Source: Octopus sinensis (lineage: Eukaryota). Taken from it: a stretch of 64,000 bases of DNA. The stretch covers positions 207,142,001 through 207,206,000 of the forward strand of contig NC_042998.1 of the NCBI RefSeq assembly GCF_006345805.1, given 5' to 3'. Positions 24,040 through 36,894 of this stretch are shown here, piece by piece; position 1 is the stretch's first letter; each line of letters starts with the position of its first letter. A model generated the notes under the pieces. That model saw only the letters and a list, made by a program, of their open reading frames with translations, was not told the origin of the DNA and made no database searches. The translations under genes were made by a program, and so were the position numbers.

Positions 24040-24610
24040 ACAAGGCCCGAAATTTGGGGGGAGGGGGCCAGTCGATTACATTGACCGCAGTACACAACTG
24101 GTACTTAATTTATCGACCCTGAAAGGATGAAAGGCTAAGTTGACCTCGGCGGAATTTGAACTCAGAACGTAAAGACAGAAGAAATACCTATTTCTTTACT
24201 ACCGACAAGGGGCTACACACAGAGGGGACAGACAAGGACAGACAAATGTAAAAAGTTGATTACATCGATCCCGGTGCATAACTGGTACTTAATTTAATCG
24301 ACCCCGAAAGAATGAAAGGCAAAGTTGACCTCGGCGGAATTTGCACTCAGAACGTAACGACAGACGAAATACCTATTTCTATTTCTTTACTACCCACAAG
24401 GAGCTAAACACAAAGGGGACAAACAAGGACAGACATACAATTTAAGTCGATTATATCGATCCCAGTGTGTAACTGGTACTTAATTTAATCGACCCCAAAA
24501 GGATGAACGGCAAAGTCGACCTCGGCGGAATCTGAACTCAGAACGTAGCGGCAGACGAAATACCGCTAAGCATTTCGCCCTTCGTGCTAACGTTTCTGCC
24601 AGCTCACTGC
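24040..24610 (-). mobile_element. SINE-M trimer
   Basis: Units joined at gaaatacctatttct. Confidence 0.9.
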
Positions 24611-24750
24611 CCTTCCCAATGCCAACCACTTTGTAGAGTGGACTGGGTGCCTTTTAAACTCTACCAGCACCAGCATGGGTGCCTCATACATGGCACCAGC
24701 ACATTTCACGTGGCACCAGTATATTGGTACAAAGCAATAAATCTATCCAT

Positions 24751-24788
<38 letters not shown>

Positions 24789-24829
24789 GACGTTCCAATG
24801 AGAAGCTTCTGAAATGATTAATTCAACAC

Positions 24830-25520
24830 TTTTACTTGCTTCAGTCATTTGACTGTGGCCACGCTGGAGCACCCCCTTTAGTCGAACAAATCAACCCCAA
24901 AACTTATTCTTTGCAAGTCTAGTACTTATTCAATCGGTCTCTTTTGCCGAACCACTAAGTTACAGGGATGTAGACACACCAACATCGGTTGTCAGGAGAT
25001 GGTGGAGGGACAAACACAGACACATACGACGAGCTTCTTTTTGTTTCCATCTACCAAATCCACCCACAAAGCTCTGGTTGGCCCGAGGCTGTAGTAGAAG
25101 GCACTTGCCCAAGGTGCCATGCAGTGGGACTGAACCTGGAACCATGTGATTGAGAAGCAAGCTACTTACCACACACCTACTCCTATATATATATAACGGG
25201 CTTCTTTCAGTTTCCGTCTACCAAATCCACTCACAAGGCTTTGGTCGGCCCGAGGCCATAATAGAAGACACTTACCCAATGTTCCACGCAGTGGGATGAG
25301 AACCCAGAATCATGTGGTTGGGAAGGAAGCTACTTACCACACAGCCACTAGACTGTGTCCATGCTGGGGCACTGCCTTGAAGAGTTTCTAGTCAAGCAAA
25401 TTGACCCCAGTGTTGATTTGTATTTTTTTTAAGCCTGATGCTTATTCGATAAAAATCTTTTGCAGAACTACCAAGTTATGGGGATGTAAACACACCAACA
25501 CCAGTTTTGAAACACAAACA
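24830..25520 (-). mobile_element. Cluster of SINE-A pieces
   Basis: Tail and head 24830-25180, second head 25195-25350, tail 25350-25520. Confidence 0.85.
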
Positions 25521-25609
25521 CAAAGTCACATACAGACACACACATGCAATCTTCATTCCATTTCCACAAAGCAAATCCACAAGTTTCAACCTGCTCTCAC
25601 CTTCATCAG

Positions 25610-26960
25610 ATGGGAGTGCCAGGAGGCTGCACCAGGCTCCAATCTGATCTGGCAATGTTTCTACAGCTGGATGCCCTTCCTAATGCCAACTGCTCCGAGA
25701 GTGTAGTGGGTGCATTTATACATGTCACTGGCACAGGAGCCAGTCAAGCGGCACTGGCATTGGCCACGTTTGGATGGTGCTTTTTATGTGCCACCAGCAC
25801 GGAGGCTAGTCAGCTGGTCCTGGCATCAGCCACATTCAGACGGTGATTTTTATGTGCCACTGGCATGAGAGCCACTGTTATTATGTATTCTACAAAAAAA
25901 GTGTTCAGATCGATCTATTTATCAATCTCTCTACTTCTATATATATTCTCTCTCTCTCTCTATAGGGTGAATACTTGATAAATGTAAGCACCTGTATAAG
26001 CCAGCTAGTAGCAGAGGTGAGAGGACATATGTATCAAATGAAATAGAAAACTTAAGGTAGTTTTAGAGTCGGTTCATGGCTGCTATTTTCAGCATGGTGG
26101 TGTCTCGTAGATACCCTAATTTATAATTTATACATACACACATACATATATATATAATATATATATATATAATATATAGTATATATATATTATATATATA
26201 TATATATATGCTGACACTCACGGAGTGGTTGGCGTTAGGAAGGGCATCCAGCTATAGAAACATTGCCAGATCAGACTGGGCCTGGTGCAGCCTTCTGGCT
26301 TCCCAGACCCCAGTTGAACCGTCCAACCCATGCTAGCATGGAAAGCGGATGCTAAACGATGATGATGATGATGATATATATAGTCCAACCCGTGCTAGCA
26401 CGAAAAACGAACGATGAAGATGATTATGATGATGATATATATATATATATAAAATCGCATGAGAGATTATTCAACTCTAAATCATTAGATTTTAACCAGA
26501 TAATCCAAATAATTAATTTTAGTCTATCAAACAGACATTGGTTTGATGCCATGGTTGTTCAGAGAATAATTGAAGTTAATCAAAGTGATTAGACAAGTCT
26601 AATAATCTGCATCGCTTTGATTCTGTTGTGGTGGGCATGTCGTCGTCGTCGTCGTTTAACGTCTGCCTTCCTTGCTAGCATGAGTGGGAAGGTTTGCAAG
26701 GAGCCGACCAGGCAGAAGCCTGCACCAGACTTCTGTAACTGTTTCGGCAGGATTTTTATAGCTGTATGTCCTTGCTAACACGAACCAACTCGCAGAGTGG
26801 ACTTGGTGTTTTTTACGTGACACAAGCACAGGTGAGGTCAGTTTTGGCAAGGTTTTTACAGCTGGATGCCGTTCCTAACACCAACCACTTCACAGTGTAG
26901 ACTGGATGCTTTTTAAGTGGCACCTACACTGACAGGGTCACCAAGTACCTTGCAAGACAA
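25610..26960. mobile_element. Three RTE 3' UTR fragments (25610-25880 -, 26213-26375 +, 26640-26960 -)
   Basis: Family motifs ctacagctggatgcccttcc and gttaggaagggcatccagct. Confidence 0.85.
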
Positions 26961-27204
26961 AAAAACGAAAAATTCAAGAAAAGAGGGGGAATTGGAGGAG
27001 GTGATCTTGTGTTGGATGATGAAAAGTTATAGGGAGACACACAGGTGCCTTGCTGTAGAGGAAGTAGAAGGTGAGAGAGAGAGAGAGAGATCAGGAATGA
27101 AGATACATGGAAGTCAAAAAGCTGCTCAAGACGGTTGTTGGCATGATGGTTAATAATTTTGTGGGTATTTACTGAGTCAGTTGCTAGAGGTTGGAGCTTC
27201 AATG

Positions 27205-27500
27205 TATCTATGTCCAGGGAAGCAAGGTCTTGCTGAGTGATACCAAGACTACCTTGGCCTTCTTGACAATTTTATAGATGTGCTTTGTCCAGTGCAAATC
27301 GCTGCTGATGGTAATTCCCAGGTTACATTCACAAGAAGACTTCTTGATGTCAGTGTTGTGGAGAGGGTTTGTGGACGCTGGGTTTTTCGTCCCAAAATCC
27401 ATGGTGGTACACTTATCCACAGCCACCTTCAGTTACCAGTCCGTGAGCCATTGTTGCATTGTGCCCAGGTCTGATTGCAGGAAAGATCTATCGTGTTCAG
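27205..27500 (-). mobile_element. CR1-clade LINE RT fragment
   Basis: FLQSDLGTMQQWLTDW*LKVAVDKCTTMDFG...KKSSCECNLGITISSDLHWTKHI; same family as 57290-57968. Confidence 0.85.
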
Positions 27501-27627
27501 GATCTGATCTTTCAGTTTCTGACTTGTGGAAGTTTGAATTTCATTATTGGAAATGAAATTCAAACTTGTTATTAACCATACACAAATAAACACCTCACTA
27601 CCCTTCACACTGACTCCCTATTACTTA

Positions 27628-27855
27628 TCTGTTTCTTTATTACCCACAAGGGGCTAAACATAGAGGGGACAAACAAGGACAGACAAACGGATTAAGTCGA
27701 TTACATCGATCTCAGTGCATAACTGGTACTTAATTTATCGACCCCGAAAGGATGAAAGGCAAAGTCGACCTCGGTGGAATTTGAACTCAGAATGTAATGG
27801 CAGACGAAATACGGCTACGCATTTCGCCCGGCGTGCTAACGTTTCTGCCAGCTCC
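27628..27855 (-). mobile_element. SINE family M, full length
   Basis: Near-consensus copy. Confidence 0.9.
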
Positions 27856-28582
27856 CTATTACTATCACTAACCACCACCTCCTCCTCCTCCCTGACCCAC
27901 TCCTATTTCCCTTCATTACCTTCCCCACCCAATCTGAAAGCCTCAACTCATGTGCCCCCATCCACTGTGTCCTCTTCTATCCCCATCTCTAATTGTCTGC
28001 CACCCTCCTTTCACACTCTAGCAAACGTACCCTTTCCAATCTTCCATCCCTATTCTCTCTCTTGTATTTACTGGCACCTGTGCCGTTGGCATGTGTAAAA
28101 GATTCGAGCGAGGTCGTTGCCAGTACCGCCTGACTGGCCCCGTGCCGGTGGCACGTAAAAAGCACCCACTACACTCTCGGAGTGGTTGGCGTTAGGAAGG
28201 GCATCCAGCTGTAGAAACTCTGCCAGATCAAGATTGGAGCCCGGTGCAGCCATCTGGTTCGCCAGCCCTCAGTCATTCGTCCGACCCATGCTAGCATGGA
28301 AAGCGGACGTTAAACGATGATGATGATGATGATGTATTTACCTCCAACCTTGAAGGCATTATCACTTTTCTCTCTCCACCCAAGGGAACCATGTATCTGC
28401 TCTTCAGCAAGATACCTGTTCTTGTTCCTCTATCATAGTTTAACCTCTTCTCACCAGGCATAAAAGCCAGGAGCCACATCAAGCTCCATTCTCCATCTTG
28501 GCACGGTTTCTACATCTAGATGCCTTTCCTGCTGCCAACCACTTTACAGAGTGTACCGGCTGCCTTTTATGTGGCACCATCA

Positions 28583-28808
28583 TTAACCCTTTAGTATTTA
28601 ACCGGCCATATCCGGCCAAAATAGTTAATCTGTTTTATGTTCAAACTGACCAGATCCAGGCTCTCACACCTACCCTACAATGTTATTCTACATTAAGTAA
28701 TTACACCATCAAGATCTTGAAGGTATGAGATAATGCATGATGAATTCAAATCAATGGGAATCAATAGGCATTATGTTTGGTTGAATAATCTGAACACTAA
28801 AGGGTTAA
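28583..28808. mobile_element. piggyBac-type MITE, family 2
   Basis: TTAA-CCCTTTAGTATTTA...TGAACACTAAAGGG-TTAA; a related copy at about 56740-57086 is interrupted by SINE-M. Confidence 0.78.
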
Positions 28809-29510
28809 ATGCTTAAGTACCCAGTACATTCTGTAATGTGACTGATATTAGGAAGGGCATCGAGCTGTAGAAACCATACCAAAGCAGGTACTGGTGCTCT
28901 GTGTAGTTCTCTGGTTCGTCAGTTCTTGTCAACCTGTCCAACCCATGCCAGCTAGGAAAACAGACACTAAACGATGATGATAATGTTGATAATGATTAGT
29001 TTTGGCAAAATCTAAAATAAGGACTTGTAGCTAATGAGCAGTTCATTAATTATATAGTGCAACAACTAAATGATAATCACATGTCCTGTCTTCAAATTGG
29101 TTCAGCGCCAGATAACGTCTGTGTTTTCAATGCACTGTTAGTCGTTCCCTAAACTGGGGCATATCACGAGAGATTATTCAACTCTAAATCATTAGATTTT
29201 AACCAGATAATCCATATAATTAATTTTAGTCAATCAAACAGACATTGGTTTGATGCCATGTTCGTTCAAAGAATAATTGAAGTTAATCAAAGTGATTAGA
29301 CAAGTCTAATAATCTGTATTGATTTGATTCTGTTGTGGTGGGCACTTTGTTATTCGGTGGATGATGACTTTGTGGTGTTTTGCGGATAGGGTTGGGTTAA
29401 ACGAGAAACAAGAGAAAGAAAATTCTCTCATAAATCCAAAACATAAATTACAATTACAGCAACTAAAATGAAATGCTCTATTTTGACAGCAAAACCTAAC
29501 AAAAGTATAT

Positions 29511-29922
29511 ACTCTTTACTCTTTTACTCTTTTACTTGTTTCAGTCATTTGACTGCGGCCATGCTGGAGCACCGCCTTTAATCGAGCAAATCGACCCCGG
29601 GACTTATTCTTTTGTAAGCCCAGTACTTATTCTATCGGTCTCTTTTGCCAAACCGCTAAGTGACGGGGACGTAAACACACCAGCATCGGTTGTCAAGCAA
29701 TGCTAGGGGTACAAACACAAACACACAAACATATACACACACCCTTATATATATATACATGACAGGCTTCTTTCAGTTTCCGTCTACCAAATCCACTCTC
29801 AAGGCATTGGTCGGCCCGGGGCTATAGCAGAAGACACTCGCCCAAGGTGCCACGCAGTGGGACTGAACCCGGAACCATGTGGTTGGTTAGCAAGCTACTT
29901 ACCACACAGCCACTCCTGCGCC
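29511..29922 (-). mobile_element. SINE family A, full length
   Basis: Near-consensus copy. Confidence 0.92.
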
Positions 29923-30089
29923 TATATATATATATATATAAAAAAAACAACTAATTAATGCCACAATGTGAGAGGTTGAGGATCTCATATTTCAGGTCAG
30001 ATAGGCAAAATTGCAACCCCACCCCACTTCCAGGGAGCAATCAAACAAATTAGACACTTGGGCAATGACCAAAATCCTGGGTAAAATTT

Positions 30090-30393
30090 GGTTGAAACCA
30101 GTTGCACCATCTCCTGGAGTAGCTGCAGTAATGACAAGCGTCATGAAGCAAAAGAGGTGTTTTGCCATCAGATTTAGTCTGATCAGCAAGGTGACCAGCC
30201 TCCCCAAAGGACTGAATGACCAACTGATGTCTCTGTGGCTTCCCCTCAGAGGACAGCACCATGCCACCCTTCATCAGTGCCAACACCCCCACCATGACTA
30301 ACTTTGAGGTCAAAAACAAGTTTTATGAAGACCTTTGGAACCCTCATAGCAGCTGTGCCTAAAGAGGTCAAGCTCATCATTCTCAGTGGCTTC
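30090..30393 (+). mobile_element. RTE (BovB-like) APE endonuclease remnant
   Basis: Frameshifted CTISWSSCSNDKRHEA..FAIRFSLISKVTSLPKGLNDQLMSLWLPLRGQHHATL-ISANTPTMTNFEVKNKFYEDL..LIAAVPKEVKLIIL matches RTE endonuclease motifs. Confidence 0.85.
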
Positions 30394-30394
30394 C

Positions 30395-30990
30395 TCATCA
30401 TCATCATTGTTTAACATCCGTTTTCCATGCTGGCATGGGTTGGACGGTTTGACTGAGGGCTGGCAGGCCAAGAGGCTGCACCAAGCTCCAATCTTGATCT
30501 CATAATGTTTCTACAGCTGGATGCCCTTCCTAACACCAACCACTCTGAGTGTAGTGGATGCTTTTTACGTGCCACTGGCATGGGAACCAATCACGCGGGC
30601 CTGGCATCGACCACATTCAGATGGTGCTTTTTACATGCCACTGGCATGGGAGCCAGTCAGGTGGGCCTGGCATTGACCATGTTCGGATGGTGCTTTTTAC
30701 GTACCACTGGCATGAGAACCAGTCACGTGGGCCTGGCATTGACCACATTCAGATGGTGCTTTTTACATGCCACTGGCACAAGAGCCAGTTAGGTGGGCCT
30801 GGCACTGACCATGTTGGGATGGTGCTTTTTACGTGTCACTGGCATGGGAAGCCAGTCAGGGGATATTGGCATCGGCCACGATTGGCTGGTGCTTTTTACG
30901 TGCCACCAGCACGGGAGTCAGTCAGGGGGCACTGGCCACAGCTATGATATTAGTTTTATTTGACTCAAAAGATCTTCTCAAGCATATCAT
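30395..30990 (-). mobile_element. RTE 3' UTR copy with about 6 internal 61-bp units
   Basis: Repeated gatggtgctttttacgtgccactggc. Confidence 0.9.
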
Positions 30991-31346
30991 ATCGCCCGTC
31001 TCACTATATCTATATTATAAATTGGACTTGGGCAAGCGTTGTATTCTTTCTTGTCTTGAGGTTCACAGCCAAACGGCTGGGTGGATTCGCGTGAAAAATG
31101 GCACACATGTGGAGACGGGTGCATAGATTGGAATGCAGTTTGTATTTTTTTTTCTAGCCCCCATAGTTACCAAGAAAATCGATTAAAACTTTTTTTCTAA
31201 TGGAATTCCCCCACCAACATACATATCTTCTTTCAATTTCTGCTCTCTGCAAATAAAATTTTTAAGGATACAACTGCTTACAAAAATAGGGATTAATGTA
31301 TAATTTCTTTCTATGTTCATAATTAAATGTTTTAATGATTAAACAG

Positions 31347-31483
31347 AGGTCCAATAGAATAGCTCTCAGAAACAGACTGCGTACAAATTCTTTCTTCACA
31401 ACTCCTGAAGCTGATGGGGTGGGGTCAGGAAATTTCCATACAGCTGGTGGCTCCAATCGAAACAGGGGACCCGAAATGATAAG
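31347..31483 (+). CDS. Candidate internal exon of an unidentified host gene
   Basis: aaacag|...ATAAG|gtaaac; only one frame is open: RSNRIALRNRLRTNSFFTTPEADGVGSGNFHTAGGSNRNRGPEMI. No homology recognised. Confidence 0.2.
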
Positions 31484-32559
31484 GTAAACACTGTTATAGA
31501 TTATACCTAACCGAAAACGATCACAGCCACATCTTCCGGGCTTAACTGCTAGTTATGTATATAAAACCCTACCCCCTTAAGACTATCAAATAACTTCCAG
31601 TTACCTCTACATAAGCCATCTTATAGCATAGGAGTAGCAAATTGAGTTTTTGGACAGCTGACAAGTTGTTCACAGCAGAGATGTTGAACTTTGGTGTACT
31701 CTGGGGTCATAGTGTACACTACTTCATGCTCAGGGTATGTTTTGTTATGCAATCCGCCCTCAGAGCTATGAGCTAATGATGGAAGGTAAACCATTAGCTG
31801 AAGTATATTGAACATGATTGGGAATTAACGAGTTCAATTAGATACTGCATTAAATTAATGAACCTTTCAACTGATGGACTTAGACAAATAATGATGATAT
31901 TCATGGTAAAATAGCTGGCGGTGATGGTCATGGTAGTGATGGTGATAAGGGTGGCAGTGAGGATGATGGTGATGGGGGTGGTGGTGATGATAATGGTGGT
32001 GGTGGTGGTGGTGGTGGTGACAGCAAAGATGAAATAAATACTGACAATGAATACTGCTTGTACTGACAATGATGAGGATGATGATGATGATGATGAAGAG
32101 GAGGGGTGGAGGTGGATGACAGTGGTGGTAGTTGTAATGATGATATACAATGAGGACAACAACAACCATAAAATATGGAGTCATGACTTGGAACGTATAA
32201 TGGCAATCAGCATGATTAGCAGAAGATGTCAACAGATGCTGGGACATTTCAAATAAAATAAATTAAAAAAAAAAAGAAAAGCTTAATGGCCTGAGGAGGA
32301 GACAGGATTTTTATATTTTAACCGATATTTCTTATTCCATTTTCATCATCATCATCACCATTTTAATGTCCACTTTTTCCATGCTCGTATGGGTCATACG
32401 GAGTTTACTGAGGCAGATTTTCAAAGGCTGGATGCTTTTCCTGTCACCAACTCTCACCTGTGTCCAAGAATGGTAATATTTCCTCATGGCCAGACATGTT
32501 CTTTGCAGAATATTGGAAATAAATGACACTGCATGTATGACAGTGGCACTCGTTTACAA

Positions 32560-33085
32560 CTGTTACGACCGAGACCTTTGGAGATATGCTGTGCTTGAGA
32601 AGAGCCAACAAGCCAAGTGAGACCATAGCCCATGGCCTATGCTAGTGGGTGTAACCAGCCCACATATGAATACCCCTCATTCATTGGGCAATAAACCTTG
32701 CTTGCAAAGACCTATTGAGGCAAGTGAAATCAAGCCAAAATTGCTGACGTGGCCAATGATAGTTACACCTGATTGGCACTTGTGCCAGTGGAATGTTAGA
32801 AGCACATCCGAGTGTGATCGTTGCCAGGGCCACAGATTGGCTCTTGTGCCGGTGACATGTGGAAAGCATCATTCAAGCGTGATCATTGCCAGCGTGGTCG
32901 TTGCCAGAACCGCCTGACTGGCCCTTGTGCTGGTGGCATGTAAAATACACACACTAATTCTTGGAGTGGTTGGCATTAGGAAAGGCATCAAGCTGTAGAA
33001 ACTTTGCCAGATCAGATTAGAGACCGGTGCAGCCTTCTGGCTCACCAGTCCTCAGTCAAACCGTCCAACTCATGCCAGCATGGAC
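32560..33085 (+). mobile_element. RTE fragment: ORF2 end + 3' UTR
   Basis: gaccgagacctttggagatatgctgtgcttgagaag (DRDLWRYAVLEK) followed by the family UTR. Confidence 0.85.
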
Positions 33086-33100
33086 AAGGAGACACACGCT

Positions 33101-33438
33101 GAGACTCCCTTCGGTCATGACTGACCATGGGATTGCACCTAGAAAATTACCATCCGAGGCATGAGTTTGGGCAAGGTTGTTTATAGAAGACCAGCAGTTA
33201 CCCATGCATACCGGCCTCCCCTCTCCATGCCACCAATGTTATCAAAGGGAAAGGCAAAGGGGCCGATACAGCTTGGCACCAGTGACATCGCAGCTCATTT
33301 CTACAGCTGAGTGAACTGGAGCAATGTGAAATAAAGTGTCTTGCTCAAGAACACAACACGCAGCCCGGTCCAGGATTCGAGCTCACAACCTCATAATCGT
33401 AAGCTTGACACTCTAACCACTGAGCCATGCGCCTTCAC
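33101..33438 (-). mobile_element. tRNA-derived SINE, full length (family B-related head)
   Basis: gtgaaggcgcatggctcagtggttagagtg...gagctcgaatcc: boxes A and B, then ttgagcaagacactttatttcac. Confidence 0.85.
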
Positions 33439-33510
33439 ACGCAAACACACACACACACACATATATATATATAAAGAAAAAGGAGGGAGCACATGAATAA
33501 AAAACTTTCT

Positions 33511-33628
33511 ATTTAGCACTTTCGTCCCTTTTGGGATTCATCGTAAATGATTCCTTATAGAGAATTCCTACCTTTTCTATAAGAAATCATTCTTGATTAA
33601 TTCCTAAAAGGGACAGAAACGCTAAAAT
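33511..33628. repeat. 118-bp imperfect hairpin
   Basis: About 55-bp arms, roughly 80% complementary, 8-nt loop ttcctacc. Confidence 0.75.
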
Positions 33629-34087
33629 ACTTTTTCTCCAAATCCTGACTACCCCCTTTTACTTGATATTCTGTACCCCACTTCTCACAATCTAAACATA
33701 TATACATACATAGATCCATCATCATCATATAAAGTCCATTTTCCATGCTGGCATGGGTTGGACAGTTTGACTGGAACTGGTAAGCTGGGGGGGGGGGCTG
33801 CATCAGGCTCCAATCTGTTTTGCCTTGGTTTCTATGGCTGGATGTGCCTCCTAATACCAACCACCTCAAGAGTGTAGTAGGTGCCTCTTATATGTTCACA
33901 CACACACAATAGGCTTCTTTTAGTTTCCACTCACAAGGTTTTGGTTGGCCCAGAGTTATAGAAGAAGCCCAAAGTGTCTTGCAATGTGACTGAACCCAGA
34001 ACCTTGTGGTTGGGAATTAAGCATCTTAACTACACGGTCACACCTGTGCTGTTCCTTCTTTTTTATCTCTGCTTTCCCCCCATTGAC

Positions 34088-34378
34088 GGTGTTTAGTTGC
34101 TTTTCATTTCTAATTGTTGAGATGTTAGCACCTGGCTATCAAAATAGAAGAGAAGGAAGACGGAGCTAATTGTTGTTTTAAAACCCCTCCAATCGTCTGT
34201 GTAAAACCTGTGCAATTTCTAGGTCTTCTGTGTTGATAAAGACCTATAAATTGCACAGGTTTTACACAGAGGATTGGAAGGTTTTTCAAACAACAATTAG
34301 CTCCGTCTTCCTTCTTCTCTGTTTTGATAGCCAGGTGCTAACATCTCAACAATTAGAAATGAAAAGCAACTAAACACC
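34088..34378. repeat. 291-bp near-perfect inverted repeat (140-bp arms, 11-nt loop)
   Basis: 34088-34227 vs reverse complement of 34239-34378: 8 mismatches, no gaps, outer 57 bp perfect. Confidence 0.97.
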
Positions 34379-34748
34379 CTAATTTTGACAGCAAAACCGC
34401 AACAAGTGTCTGGAATACAAGGAAACACTAGTATCGATGTCACAACATGATAGCCAATCACAATGGCTGAGGGTCTCATGTATCAGGTCAGATGTGCAGA
34501 ATTTCAACCTTGCCTTCATTTTCAGAGAGTAATTTAGAAAATCAAGCACCTAAACATCAACCACAATGAAGGGTCAAATTACAGGGTGTTATTTGCGGGA
34601 GAGGCACGAGTATTTGATACTGTAAACTAATATTACAAAGGCTGAAACTTCCATAAATGAGACGCACCAGCTGGTTTCATCTGTTGATATATGACGTTAT
34701 AATATAAAGAGACAATACACACACACACACACACACACATTTGTATAC

Positions 34749-34786
<38 letters not shown>

Positions 34787-34859
34787 AGTCAATTTGAATA
34801 GAGAAATAATAAAATTAACAGACAAGAGAACATGTACAAGGAATGTATTAAGGTTGCCT

Positions 34860-35720
34860 TGGCGCCGCCCCGTCTGGCCTCCATGCCGGTGGCACGTAAC
34901 AGCACCATCCGTTTGTGTCCGTTGCCAGCCTTGCTTTGCCCCCGTGCTGGTGGCACGTAAAAGCACCATCCGTTTGTGGCCGTTTGCCAGCTCTGTCTGG
35001 CTCCTGTGCGGGTGGCACGTAAAAAGCATCCACTACACTCGCGGAGTGGTTGGCGTTAGAAAGGGCATCCAGTCGTAGAAACACTGCCAGATCAGACTGG
35101 GCCTGATGCAGCCTTCTGGCTTCACAGACCCCAGTTGAACCGTCCAACCCATGCTAGCATGGAAAACGGACGCTAAATGATGATGATGATGATGATATCA
35201 TCATTTAACGTCCGCTTTCTATGCTGGCATGGGTTAGACGATTTTGACTGAGGGCTGGCGAACCAGATGGCTGCACCAGGCTCCAATTATTGATCTGGCA
35301 GAGTTTCTACAGCTGGATGCCCTTCCCAACACCAACCACTCCGAGATTGCAGTGGGTTCTTTTTACATGTCACTGGCACGGGGCCAGTCAAGTGGTACTC
35401 GCAATGACCTCGCTTGAATCTTTTTACACATGCCACTGGCACAGGTGCCTGTAAGGCGATGTTGGTAATGATCACGCTCGAATGGTGCCTTTTATGTGCC
35501 GCTGGCACGGAAGCCAGTTAACCGCTCTGGCAACGATCACGCTCGGATGGTGCTCTTGGCACCCTACTAGCACAGGCACAAGTGCCTGTAAGGCGACGCT
35601 GGTAACGATCACACTCGAATGGTGCCTTTTATGTGCCACTGGCACAGAAGCCGGTTAGCCGCTCTGTCGACAATCACACTCGTATGGTGCTCTTCGCACC
35701 CCGCTAGCACGGATGCCAGT
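34860..35720. mobile_element. Two RTE 3' UTR copies joined tail-to-tail
   Basis: ...ggacgctaaatgatgatgat GATATC atcatttaacgtcc... centred at 35194-35199. Confidence 0.9.
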
Positions 35721-36304
35721 CATCAATATATATATATATATACACACACACACAGGAAATTCACACACAAGGTGTGGACATGTTTTTTCTTTGTCAGCTA
35801 TTGTCGGGGAGGGGAGGAGGGGGGAGAGGGGTTCAATTCATTTGACTAAAACTTTTTCAAGGATGTGCCCCAGCATGGTCGCAGTCAAATGCCTGAAACA
35901 AAGCAAAAAGTAAGACACACACACATGAAAATTTTCACAGAAACTGTAGCAGCAGCAGATTTTTGGACACACGTTTAGTTAGAACCATATCAACAAAGAG
36001 AATCCTTCAAAACCGAAAATGGATTGTGGAGTGAGTGAAATGATTCGTCTTAATTTAGACGGATATTTATAAAATTGTAATTACAGGAAATTTGTTAATT
36101 TCCTCAGGTAATGACCATTTGTGGTTGCTAGTGTAGGTTTTTAATTTCAAATATTGCATGTACCTGTTGAGATGGCTGGTTTCCATGTCAATAATAATCG
36201 CAGCTTTTATTGCAAATGACTCAAAGTAGGCGATTAAAGAGCGCGGAGACTGAGACACTGAAAGATCATCACTAAAGATACTGTTATCATCATCAATCGC
36301 CTTT

Positions 36305-36790
36305 AAGTCACCACCATCACTACCACCACCACCACCACCACCACTATAACCACCACCACCACCACCACTACCATCACTACTACCACCACCACGACCACCA
36401 CGACCACCACCATCACTAACACCACCACTACCACCATCACCACCACCACCACTACGATCACCACCACAACCACCACCACCACCACCACCACCACTACCAT
36501 CACTACTACCACCACTACCACCACCACCACCACCACCACTACCATCACTACTACCACCACTACCACCACCACCACGATCACCACCACCATGATCACCACC
36601 ACTACCACCACCATCACCACTACCACCATCACCACCACTACCACCACCACCACCACCACCACCACAATCACCACCACCATCACCACTACCACCACCATCA
36701 CCACCACCACCACCACCACCACCACCACTACCACCACCACCACCACTATCACCACCACTATCACCACCACCACCACCACCACCACCATCC
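36305..36790. repeat. (ACC/ACT/ATC)n trinucleotide tract
   Basis: Seen directly; source of the poly-G, poly-V and poly-T ORFs. Confidence 0.96.
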
Positions 36791-36894
36791 CAGTTACCAT
36801 GATCATCAAAGTCTTGGTGAAACAAGCAATTTTATTAACAGAAGATCCCGGCTTAAGAAGAAGGACGTTAATGTGTTTGGTGGAAATGTCAATG

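Larger units (their letters stand above)
26461..29344 (+). repeat. 177-bp dispersed direct repeat (26461-26637 and 29168-29344)
   Basis: 8 substitutions in 177 bp by manual alignment; matches none of the repeat families I recognise here. Confidence 0.9.

Noticed and set aside
29480-34398. Exact 17-mer ATTTTGACAGCAAAACC at 29480 and 34382
   Set aside because: A single AT-rich 17-mer match in 64 kb is borderline by chance and the flanks do not align collinearly.
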